Below, piece by piece: positions 24,243 through 32,157 of a DNA stretch of 32,157 nucleotides (position 1 is the stretch's first letter; each line of letters begins with the position of its first letter). The position numbers and the translations under genes are program-made. The notes beneath the pieces were generated by a model. That model was not told the origin of the DNA and did no database searches. It worked only from the letters and a program-made list of their open reading frames with translations. This DNA comes from a virus (Duplodnaviria; Caudoviricetes), in the IMG/VR virus record IMGVR_UViG_3300002098_000107, positions 1-32,157 of that record; one strand, 5' to 3'.

Positions 24243-24695
24243 CTAGATACGAGTGATTTTGACTTCGATAGTGAATTTGATGACGACAACAGCGCCTTGC
24301 TGTGTTTGAACTTGAGCAACATTGACTGAGTCACCAAAGTCCGCGAATGCGACAGCACCATTGAGCGTGCCGTCCGCACGGACAGCCTTTTCAACACCAG
24401 CCATCAAAGTGAAAGCACGGTCACGCATCGACTTCATGTCAGTTTCACCAGTCCAGGCTGAAATCTCACATGCAATCGTGTATTCCTCTTTGCGTCGCAT
24501 GTTGCCAAGTGACGCAGGATCCTGCCTGCCGGTAATCGAATCGCCAGCATCATCCGCAAAACCAATTGCAACATAGTCAGGTGGCACTTCAATTGTTGGC
24601 TGCCCATCAATGATGAGCACGCCGGTGAGGTCTGTAGATGCAGCCAGGAGCGCGAGAAGCCCATCGACCGCCGCTGGGACGGTACTGGTGGCCAT
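24243..24695 (-). CDS. Tail terminator-like protein
   Basis: Position; acidic 150 aa with R.D.TL.G.V motif; TGATG overlap. Confidence 0.7.
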   Translation of the reverse strand: MATSTVPAAVDGLLALLAASTDLTGVLIIDGQPTIEVPPDYVAIGFADDAGDSITGRQDPASLGNMRRKEEYTIACEISAWTGETDMKSMRDRAFTLMAGVEKAVRADGTLNGAVAFADFGDSVNVAQVQTQQGAVVVIKFTIEVKITRI

Positions 24696-25297
24696 CAGGC
24701 GACACCGGGAACACGAGGCGAAGGCTGCAAAAGTTCACGCACACGGTTCGGCACAGCGAACCCAGCACCCACAGTGAACGTGTCATCGCCACCAAATGAC
24801 GGGCGACCACCATTCTTGTTCAGCTGTGAACTTGACCAAAGGTGCTGAATGAGCATCAACGTTGCCAGACGGACGTTTGCTGGGACCGTTGCGCGACCTG
24901 AAACGTACGTCACTTTCACGTTGTTCGTTCCCACCGGGAACATGGCTTCTGCGTTGTATGCGCGGCGGACAACTTTCCCGGTCGCATAGTCAACAGTGAA
25001 ACCAAACCCGGTAGACACGCCACCAAGTTGAATTTCGGTCAGTGTGTAGTTCGTTTGACCGTACGTTTCAACAATGCTCGTCACCGACGCGATAGGCAGC
25101 CAGTTCAAATTAATTTGCGACTGTCCACCGTTGTAGTACTCCACGCGAGTTTGTGGAATCACAGGTCCAGCAATGTTCTCAATGACAGGTGTTGCAGCGT
25201 CAATGAAACCCTGCAATTCAGTGTCATCAGTCGTCGTAGTTTTGTTCAAATGTGTCTTGACTTCCGCAAGGGTCACCAGCACGGTTGGGGCAGTCAC
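24695..25297 (-). CDS. Head-tail connector (adaptor, HK97 gp6-like)
   Basis: LVTLAEVKTHL....DD.EL...I.AAT..IE and V.VTY.SG...VP..VR.A.L..I.HLW. Confidence 0.85.
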   Translation of the reverse strand: MTAPTVLVTLAEVKTHLNKTTTTDDTELQGFIDAATPVIENIAGPVIPQTRVEYYNGGQSQINLNWLPIASVTSIVETYGQTNYTLTEIQLGGVSTGFGFTVDYATGKVVRRAYNAEAMFPVGTNNVKVTYVSGRATVPANVRLATLMLIQHLWSSSQLNKNGGRPSFGGDDTFTVGAGFAVPNRVRELLQPSPRVPGVA

Positions 25298-25449
25298 TGG
25301 GCCACCGCCTTCTCAGTGGTGACCTTGCGCACTGCGCGTTCCTTTACGGGCTTCACAGGGGCTTCTAGGGCTTCTGGTTCTGGCTCAACGTCAGGAGCAA
25401 TGCCAGTGATCGCTTTAATATCCGCAATCTTCCAAGCAGGTAAATTCAT
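25294..25449 (-). CDS. Small hypothetical protein, 51 aa (MNLPAWK...ERAV....EKAV)
   Basis: GAAGGA RBS; GTGA overlap with the connector gene. Confidence 0.6.
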   Translation of the reverse strand: MNLPAWKIADIKAITGIAPDVEPEPEALEAPVKPVKERAVRKVTTEKAVAQ

Positions 25450-25462
25450 GGAATGTCCTTCG

Positions 25463-26167
25463 TCAGTTTTGGGCAGCTGCACGGGCACGCCGATCAATTG
25501 AATGATGGCGATCCGTCAACCAGAAACGCTTGCGATGCGGAAGAACCGCGCCAGTGTGAGCATGAATAGGGAAACCTGCAGCAATTGCCTTTCGGCAAAA
25601 CATGAGATCCTCACCAACCCAATGACCACCGATGGGCTCATCTTGAAACCAGCACCAATTCGGTCCCTGATCCACCGTCGCAGTCGCGCGGATAGCCTCG
25701 AGCACACTGCGATGAATGAGGAGACAACCAGTTCCGGCTGCATCAATAGAAATGACTTTGTCCTGCGGATAATCATCAACAGGTAGATACCCATGTTCCT
25801 TCGCACGGTAAATCAGCGGCACTGGAACTGGGTAAGCGGAATCCTCCTGGCTAAACGCACCGAAATACAACCCGGCCACAATCGGATGGGTTTTATCGTG
25901 CGCGGTTGCAATCAACTTGTCGAAAGCCTGAACGGTCAGGACTTCGTCAGAGTCGATCATCAACAGCCATGCGGAATCTGTTTTGTCCAAGAACGTTTGG
26001 ACTATCTCGTTGCGGATACGCGAAATGAGCGCGGATCCTTCAACACGAATCAATGGTCCAAGCACGCTAGATCGCGCCGTGGACAGTAGAGCAATATTTA
26101 CAGCGAATTCACCGTCAACATGGCCGGGGTCAGCCCAACCAATTGAAACGCGGTCACGGGTTCTCAT
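25463..26167 (-). CDS. Glycosyltransferase, GT-A fold, directly after the capsid gene
   Basis: I...RN..V..FL, WLLMIDSD (DxD), IVAGLY, AAGTGCLLIHR.V, GEDL.FC, H.K motifs. Confidence 0.82.
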   Translation of the reverse strand: MRTRDRVSIGWADPGHVDGEFAVNIALLSTARSSVLGPLIRVEGSALISRIRNEIVQTFLDKTDSAWLLMIDSDEVLTVQAFDKLIATAHDKTHPIVAGLYFGAFSQEDSAYPVPVPLIYRAKEHGYLPVDDYPQDKVISIDAAGTGCLLIHRSVLEAIRATATVDQGPNWCWFQDEPIGGHWVGEDLMFCRKAIAAGFPIHAHTGAVLPHRKRFWLTDRHHSIDRRARAAAQN

Positions 26168-26201
26168 GCAAGCCCTGATTCCTTAGAAAAGTGTGTGGTG
26201 A

Positions 26202-26237
26202 CTACAGGGGCAGCCCGATATATGACTGCCCCTGTAG
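26202..26237 (-). terminator. Hairpin after the major capsid gene (terminator or mRNA stabiliser)
   Basis: Perfect 12-bp inverted repeat CTACAGGGGCAG / CTGCCCCTGTAG with 12-nt loop; weak U-tract. Confidence 0.65.
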
Positions 26238-26252
26238 AGAGTGGATTCCTAC

Positions 26253-27575
26253 TTAAAAAGTAGGTGTAGACAAACCGCTGCCACCGATAACCGAGAAGCT
26301 CTTTGGGTAACGATTTGCAATCAGGGCTGTATACGAGTACATGCGAACAAGTACCTGCAAATTCGCACCGTAAGTCTGAGGAAGACTTTCGGCACGCACG
26401 TTGCCTTCGTAGAGGAATGCATCAGATGCGCGAGCAACAATGATGCGATCCTCGTTCGTGCCTGTTCCAAGGTTGGTTGGAATGTTGGCATCGATGAAGA
26501 CAGGAAGACCCTGGAGTTCACCAACGTAACCTTCTGCAGCAACAGCATCCTGACCTGCAATGGTGTTGTAGCGTCCGCCAGCTGCTGGCACTACGAGAGG
26601 GCGACCAGTTGAATCGCTTGCAGCGATCAATGAAGCCCAACGACGTGGTGACATGAAGATATGCGTAGCAGGAAGGAAACGGTTCTCATGAACGCCCTTG
26701 ACTGCTTCTGCAATCTTGCTGTAGAGACCAGCAACCGTTGGAGTGGTTGATGTGTAGGTCACTGCATTGGTGTTGGTGAGGGTAAGGATGCCGGTCATTT
26801 GACCATTGAGTCCCGTACCGTAGATGACCTGACGGTCCAACTTTGATGCATAGTCTGCAGCAAGGTCTTGAAGGATTACCTCGTCCATATTTACGGGGCT
26901 CTGCTCCAACAATTGGAGTGAAACAGTCTGACCGCCAGCAAGGGTGACTACTGGACCGGTGACAGTTCCGGTGGTGATGTCAGTCTGCTGAATGCCGCTG
27001 CCCTGAGTCGCAACTGGCTCTACTGCTGACCCACTGACAACCTTTGGAAGGTTGATGGAGTCTGTGCCTGCAGGAAGTGGCTGTGAAGTGATTTCGTTGG
27101 CCACGACCCGACCGGCACGCGCGAGCGCAATCCAGCTTTGGGTTAAATATACGGGAGGAACGAAGTCGCCTCCCGATCCGTCTGTGGTGTTGATTGCGCG
27201 TGATTCTGCAACCATCTTGTCGTTGCGTGAAAGACGATCAATCGCGTCACGGTCAGTACGGACGGTAGCGAGTGCAAGGTCGCGGAAGTATGAAGCCTGA
27301 CCGCCTGCGCGGTAAACCTCAGGATCCTTGACCGTGATGCTGCCAGTCAAACCATGCTTGGTTGCAACAGATGCTGCAGCTGCGCGTGATTCTTCTGCTT
27401 CTTCAAGTGACTTGATCTCTGCGTCGATTGAACGCGCGTCAGAAATCAGGCCATCAAACTTGCTTTGCTCATCTGCAGTGAATGCACGGGCTTCGGTTTC
27501 GAGCGAGGTTGAAAGAGCATCAATCTCGGCCTGCACCGCAGTGCGCTTCTCTGCAAGAACTGAAATACGGCTCAT
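26253..27575 (-). CDS. Major capsid protein, HK97 family with coiled-coil delta domain
   Basis: N-terminal coiled coil, RA...T..GG..VP, S.QLLEQS, GTG.NGQ..GIL, D..GRPL, L.GLPV. Confidence 0.93.
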   Translation of the reverse strand: MSRISVLAEKRTAVQAEIDALSTSLETEARAFTADEQSKFDGLISDARSIDAEIKSLEEAEESRAAAASVATKHGLTGSITVKDPEVYRAGGQASYFRDLALATVRTDRDAIDRLSRNDKMVAESRAINTTDGSGGDFVPPVYLTQSWIALARAGRVVANEITSQPLPAGTDSINLPKVVSGSAVEPVATQGSGIQQTDITTGTVTGPVVTLAGGQTVSLQLLEQSPVNMDEVILQDLAADYASKLDRQVIYGTGLNGQMTGILTLTNTNAVTYTSTTPTVAGLYSKIAEAVKGVHENRFLPATHIFMSPRRWASLIAASDSTGRPLVVPAAGGRYNTIAGQDAVAAEGYVGELQGLPVFIDANIPTNLGTGTNEDRIIVARASDAFLYEGNVRAESLPQTYGANLQVLVRMYSYTALIANRYPKSFSVIGGSGLSTPTF

Positions 27576-27697
27576 TGCTAGTCCTTTCAGGGACGTTGAA
27601 GTGATTTATGGGGTGTGCCGAGTGGTGACATGCCGAGGAAACCAAGTGCCCGAAAGCGGCTTGGATCGGTTGTTCCGGCTTGGCGAATCCGCTGTGA

Positions 27698-28561
27698 TCA
27701 GCGGAGGTATTTGGTGCTGCGTTGTGCAGCAGTCGCGCTGGCAAGTGCTCGAGCGCGTGCGATAGCGATAAAGACATCAATATCGATGCCTTCTTCTTCG
27801 CCTTCTTCTTCCATTTCAGAATCCATGCCCTCAGACATGTCTTCTTCTGGAGTTTCAGACTCTGCCATCATGTCCTCGTCAGGGTTTGGAACACCCATGA
27901 GTCCCGACAAGTCAACAAGCGCCTGATCTAACTCCACGTCAGCTGCAGCAATAGCGTCCAGAATCTTCTGCAACGCATCAAGGTTCGCTGCACTAATTGA
28001 AGCGCCAGCGCGTTCTTCCTGCAGGGACGCGATTACGCGAGCCAGAAGGGGTGCTGCAGCCATTTTGCGTTGAGCATTGCGCAGACTGATCGACGTAGTT
28101 GGCGAAGCCGGATAAGTCACGACAGACACGTCACCGTCACGCAAAGACAGTTCGCGCATCGTGCGCTGCGTGTAATCACTCGACCACTCATCCTTAACCG
28201 TACGAAACGCAAAACTCATCTGATCAAGATTCCCGGCACGCATCTTCGGAACAATCCGGGCCACATCAGGATCCGCAGGATCCAACTGGGCACGCATATG
28301 CAAACCCGTTGAATCCTCAGACAGTTCCAAAGTTCCCGACGTTGTACGAGCCAACGGCAAACCCTCATGATTGATGAGGAAACGCACGTCAGGGGTTTCC
28401 GAAAGAGTTTTCCGAAACGCACCAGGAGCAATTTCCTCGTGATACATACCCATGTCATATGGCTGGCTGAACACTGACGCATAACCCTCGACAGTGATCG
28501 TGTTTGCACTGTCACGGAATTCCAAGTCAATTGGCAGCGAGCGCCGTTCGATTGTGGCCAT
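27698..28561 (-). CDS. HK97-family prohead protease with acidic C-terminal extension
   Basis: EGYASVF, E.IAPGAF, INH, LART, ED..GL, MSFAF, DVSVVTYPA. Confidence 0.93.
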   Translation of the reverse strand: MATIERRSLPIDLEFRDSANTITVEGYASVFSQPYDMGMYHEEIAPGAFRKTLSETPDVRFLINHEGLPLARTTSGTLELSEDSTGLHMRAQLDPADPDVARIVPKMRAGNLDQMSFAFRTVKDEWSSDYTQRTMRELSLRDGDVSVVTYPASPTTSISLRNAQRKMAAAPLLARVIASLQEERAGASISAANLDALQKILDAIAAADVELDQALVDLSGLMGVPNPDEDMMAESETPEEDMSEGMDSEMEEEGEEEGIDIDVFIAIARARALASATAAQRSTKYLR

Positions 28562-28572
28562 TAGGTGGCTCC

Positions 28573-29790
28573 TTAGTTGCTTGCAGGCGCGGTCGGCGCA
28601 ATGTCGCCGTTGTGCGCGGAGTTGAGTGGTTGGTCAATACGGTCGCCGCCCGGAATTGGGTCCAAGCCCTCGATGTCACGGATTTCATCCGTAGTCATCC
28701 AGCCAGCAACACGAGCACTGGAATACAAGTGCGAGCGTGCAGCTGCGTCCGTGCGCAACAGGTCTTGCGTATCGAAACGTGCTTCCAAACCATCAGGGAG
28801 AAGGTTGGACAGTGCGTTCTCGATGCGCGTGTACCAAGCGCGAAGTGTGTACGTCAGGAAGGCGCGGTTCTGCGGCTCAACGCCAGCACCCCACGCTGCA
28901 GACACGTCCTGAGTGTTTCCCAACAAATGAGGAGGGATGCCAAAGATCATGGCCACTGCCGAAACGTTGTACTGCATCGACTCAATGAACTGAGCCTCAT
29001 TTGGTGCAATCGTGATCGGCTTAAACTTTGCGCCACCAGTCAAGACACCGATGCCGTGAGAGTTACGCAAACCAGAATGGCGAGTAGTGAAACGTTCCTT
29101 CAACTGGCGTGCAGCATCCGGATCTAAATCACCGTCAACTTCAACAATGCCCGACATTGTCGCGCCATTACCAAAGAACCGTGCACCAAACTCTTGAGTC
29201 GCAAGACCCAAACCAATCGTTTCACGCAAATATGCCACCGGGCTGATACCAACAATTGCTCCTGGCATCGACAACGCGGGCACATGCACAATCTCATCAG
29301 AATGAATCTGCTTACCGGCAATCCAGAAACGCTTCTCCAAACCACCCAGCGGATCCACGCGAACAATGTCCGGGTCGATCGGCATGATCTGGGTAGGAGT
29401 CCCACGACGGTCATACTCAGTAATGAGGTTGTAAGAGTTGCCGCGCAGCAACTTACTGACCATCATCTGCTCAAAACCCACCTGACGATCCAGTGGGGCC
29501 CCATTCACGTTCCCGAACGGGTTAGCAATCAACGGATGTTGCGCGACCTTACGAACCTTGCCTGTGTCCTCAACACGAACAGTGTTGATCGGAGTAGAAG
29601 CAACCACACTCGACAGGATCCGGACCGAGGCCCACACCGCTGAAAGTGACATCGCTGTCTGCTTATCAACCGAAACACCACTAGACGCATACGAAGCGAG
29701 CGTCCCATTGGAAGGAATCGCATATGGGTCACCTTGCCCGTAGGCGATTGAACGGGCTTCCCGTCCAGCTGCACGACGCAAAATGCTCAT
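28573..29790 (-). CDS. Portal protein, HK97 family
   Basis: AV.A.V.ILS..VA..P, LL.GN.Y, G.SP, FF.NG, AQF.E, FGIPPHLLG, T.DEIR..EGL.P..GGD. Confidence 0.95.
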   Translation of the reverse strand: MSILRRAAGREARSIAYGQGDPYAIPSNGTLASYASSGVSVDKQTAMSLSAVWASVRILSSVVASTPINTVRVEDTGKVRKVAQHPLIANPFGNVNGAPLDRQVGFEQMMVSKLLRGNSYNLITEYDRRGTPTQIMPIDPDIVRVDPLGGLEKRFWIAGKQIHSDEIVHVPALSMPGAIVGISPVAYLRETIGLGLATQEFGARFFGNGATMSGIVEVDGDLDPDAARQLKERFTTRHSGLRNSHGIGVLTGGAKFKPITIAPNEAQFIESMQYNVSAVAMIFGIPPHLLGNTQDVSAAWGAGVEPQNRAFLTYTLRAWYTRIENALSNLLPDGLEARFDTQDLLRTDAAARSHLYSSARVAGWMTTDEIRDIEGLDPIPGGDRIDQPLNSAHNGDIAPTAPASN

Positions 29791-29936
29791 GATTCGTCCT
29801 TATCCGCGAACGACAAACCAAACAGCAACAGCGAAACACCCACAGCCGCAAGGCCAAGAGGAATCCCCACCATGAACGCGGCAACACTCAAGAATGCAAA
29901 ACCTGCAAGCTCAAGAATGTCTGAAACCGAAATCAT
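29787..29936 (-). CDS. Small two-TM membrane protein between terminase and portal, 49 aa (MISVSDILELAGFAFLSVAAFM...)
   Basis: Translated by hand; AGGAG RBS; ATGA overlap with portal. Confidence 0.7.
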   Translation of the reverse strand: MISVSDILELAGFAFLSVAAFMVGIPLGLAAVGVSLLLFGLSFADKDES

Positions 29937-29944
29937 GAATGCTC

Positions 29945-31522
29945 CTATAGTTCGTCAAAGTCAATGAAGCCCACAGACGCTTTCGCAGGGGCTTGCATGT
30001 TGTAGATGGCGCGTGAAAATGCCATGATCGCCGCCACCGCAAGGTCAATCTTGCGAGACGAATTCTTGTGATCCTTAGCGATACGAGTACCGCGAGCATC
30101 ACTACGAAGCGTTGCATTTCCAAGATGCCGCATCAATGCAGGCGAACCATCCAAAGTCACCTGCTTATTGACCACAGCCTCATAAAATGAAGTAGTCGCC
30201 GGAGTCATCCGCACGGACGACTGGCTAAATTCAACAATTGGCAAACCCTCAGCCTCAAGGATCTGATACGTACGAGCCCACCTAAACGGGTCACACGCAA
30301 TCTCCAACACCTGCCAACGCCTACACGCTTCCCGTAACTCATCCTCAACATCAAGAATGGGCACTTTCCAGTCCGCGCGCGCGTTCTCTGGGCGCTCAAA
30401 GTTCGCCACAACCTGCACATGTGGGGACGATCCATCACGAGGGACAGACACCGCCACAATCGCTGTCGCGTCATTGTTGAACGAACCATCGAAACCGATA
30501 ACCACTTCATGGCCATCAGGAATCTCATTGTGATACACAATCTCCTCAGCCGAACCCGGAGGCAACCAAGTTTCAGACACCGTCGTCCACTGGCCAAGGT
30601 GATAGCGCACAAATTCATACAACGGAATCTGATAAAACCGTGAAGCAACATCATCCACATTCAAAAACGAGTCAGCTGCAGGATTTGCAGCACGAATACA
30701 CGCCTTCAACTGGTCAGGATCCGACAAGTCAAATTGGTCAGGGTCAGCACCCCAATGCACAAACAAAAACTCAGGATCCACAACTTCACCGTTGTTGACC
30801 TTGTACCCATACTCGTGCATCCGGCCAGCCATCGAATCAAGATCCGCGCCAGGAGTAGTCGTATTGAAAATCAGTGAATCAGCGCGCTTCGTAGCACCGT
30901 TAGCAATCACCAAATGAACTCGAGCCTTATTGCCCGTCCACTCATGAATCTCATCAGCTGCAAAAGCGCTCGGACGCTGCCCATCGTTCGTGCCAGCAAC
31001 AGCCGCAACCTTGTACGCGCGACCCGGACCACCCTTGACCTGAATCTCACCCTCAAACGCATCCAACAAAGGAGACAACGTAGGAGATTCACGAACACAG
31101 TTCCGCAAGTCACCAAACAACAAATCAGCCTGCTCATAAGACGCAGCAGCCACCGGAATAACCGCAGACTGCTGCGTAGACAACAAGTAAGCAACAACCC
31201 ACGCACTAATCGGAGTCTTACCGTTACCCTTAGGAACCTCCAGCATCGCGCGCCGATACCTACGCGAACCATCAGGCTTCAACTCAAACAACCAAATCAA
31301 AAAAATCTTCTGAAACATGTCCAAACGCACAGGCTGACCAAAACGGTCACCCTCGCCATATCGACAATTCTTCTCAATCCAACGAATCACCTTCGGACCA
31401 TCGCTCGGAGCGGTAGTCAACGCAGGATGACTCAACGGCTTAGCCACCCCATCAGGCCAAGGAATCTCAGTCGGTAATGACTGCTCCTGCAATGAGGGTG
31501 AGGCGTGGATCGTCCTCGCCAT
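29945..31522 (-). CDS. terL: Terminase large subunit
   Basis: Q motif, Walker A VPKGNGKT, Walker B FAADEIH, TTPG coupling motif, ANP, nuclease IGFDGS...D and KIDLAVA. Confidence 0.95.
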   Translation of the reverse strand: MARTIHASPSLQEQSLPTEIPWPDGVAKPLSHPALTTAPSDGPKVIRWIEKNCRYGEGDRFGQPVRLDMFQKIFLIWLFELKPDGSRRYRRAMLEVPKGNGKTPISAWVVAYLLSTQQSAVIPVAAASYEQADLLFGDLRNCVRESPTLSPLLDAFEGEIQVKGGPGRAYKVAAVAGTNDGQRPSAFAADEIHEWTGNKARVHLVIANGATKRADSLIFNTTTPGADLDSMAGRMHEYGYKVNNGEVVDPEFLFVHWGADPDQFDLSDPDQLKACIRAANPAADSFLNVDDVASRFYQIPLYEFVRYHLGQWTTVSETWLPPGSAEEIVYHNEIPDGHEVVIGFDGSFNNDATAIVAVSVPRDGSSPHVQVVANFERPENARADWKVPILDVEDELREACRRWQVLEIACDPFRWARTYQILEAEGLPIVEFSQSSVRMTPATTSFYEAVVNKQVTLDGSPALMRHLGNATLRSDARGTRIAKDHKNSSRKIDLAVAAIMAFSRAIYNMQAPAKASVGFIDFDEL

Positions 31523-31958
31523 TGTCGCCTTCTGTCTCTAAGTCCGCCAGTGATCGGGACGCTTCCCCAATAGCCATGCCAAGTTTTAAACGATTCAACG
31601 GACCAATACCAAGTTGCTGCTCATCAGCTTTGATACTTGCCTCTAATTTAAACGCCAAGTCATAAATAGGATTAGCGCGCTTCTGCCCAGTTGAACCAGC
31701 CACAATCGGCTCAGCATCCGCCTGCGCAATCAGCTTGTTATATCGATCAAGGTTGGAAATCCATCGCAGGACCAACGGTGCATCCGCTTCACGCACGGAC
31801 CCGGCAACCACATCACCCCAATACGCATTCCAAGCATCCTTCGCAGCCTTACAAATCTTGGCCGGAGGCGCAGGCAATTTCACTGGAGCAGTAACCATCC
31901 CAATGTCTTGCGTGATGCGATTTTGCCGTTTTGCGGCAGGCTTACGAACTGGAGGCAT
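31467..31958 (-). CDS. terS: Terminase small subunit (P27-like)
   Basis: P.PP......AK..W, GS.GQ..ANP, LGIGP..R..L; GGAGG RBS; first gene from the genome end. Confidence 0.88.
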   Translation of the reverse strand: MPPVRKPAAKRQNRITQDIGMVTAPVKLPAPPAKICKAAKDAWNAYWGDVVAGSVREADAPLVLRWISNLDRYNKLIAQADAEPIVAGSTGQKRANPIYDLAFKLEASIKADEQQLGIGPLNRLKLGMAIGEASRSLADLETEGDNGEDDPRLTLIAGAVITD

Positions 31959-32142
31959 CAGTAAAACCCTCCAATTTGAAGATCAAAATTCTAAAAAAAA
32001 TCATGGCGAAAATTCAGTTTTGGATTTTCAACTTTTCAAAACACCTCGAGCGGACCACGGTCGACCGCTGCGCGAAGCAAATTCCCTCACAAAATCGGCC
32101 CCCCGAAAAATTTCTGGGGATGTATACGCGAAAAAAGGAGGG

Positions 32143-32157
32143 AGATCGGAAGAGCAC
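32143..32157 (+). other. Illumina TruSeq adapter remnant (not biological)
   Basis: Exact match AGATCGGAAGAGCAC at the contig end. Confidence 0.97.

Noticed and set aside
32143-32157. Terminal AGATCGGAAGAGCAC as a genome-end motif
   Set aside because: Exact Illumina TruSeq adapter sequence; a sequencing artefact

Overview
This window is an apparently complete, about 32.1 kb genome of a small temperate siphovirus with HK97-type head genes, most likely infecting an Actinomycetota host. It is shown in reverse orientation and ends in 15 nt of Illumina adapter. Read on the minus strand from the right end, the order is: terminase small and large subunits, portal, prohead protease, major capsid protein, a glycosyltransferase, head-tail genes, major tail protein, a tail assembly chaperone with a -1 frameshift, tape measure, one baseplate protein, a Gly-rich fibre, a hairpin-dense 640-nt interval, the lysis cassette (membrane protein, holin, M15 endolysin) and a metallophosphoesterase module. 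A plus-strand lysogeny module follows: XRE repressor with attP (3' half of a tRNA-Asn) inside its coding sequence, a short tyrosine integrase and a membrane protein, i.e. an integration-dependent immunity switch. The minus-strand early/replication operon encodes a BldC/Xis-like HTH, an Rpf-like transglycosylase, RusA, a Cas4-like exonuclease, SSB, a Prim-Pol/SF3 helicase, an iteron origin, a C-terminal HTH regulator and small Cys/His proteins. A separately promoted terminal cassette carries an atypical tRNA-Met(CAT), two more glycosyltransferase-like genes and the HNH nuclease. The main leads are a three-enzyme candidate virion-glycosylation system, a tiled hairpin element tied to an HDPxCP microprotein family, a translationally coupled 28-aa Trp/Lys peptide, a chimeric initiator-like tRNA, and a mirror-image strand skew toward the two genome ends. 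All functional calls come from motif recognition by eye; no searches were run.
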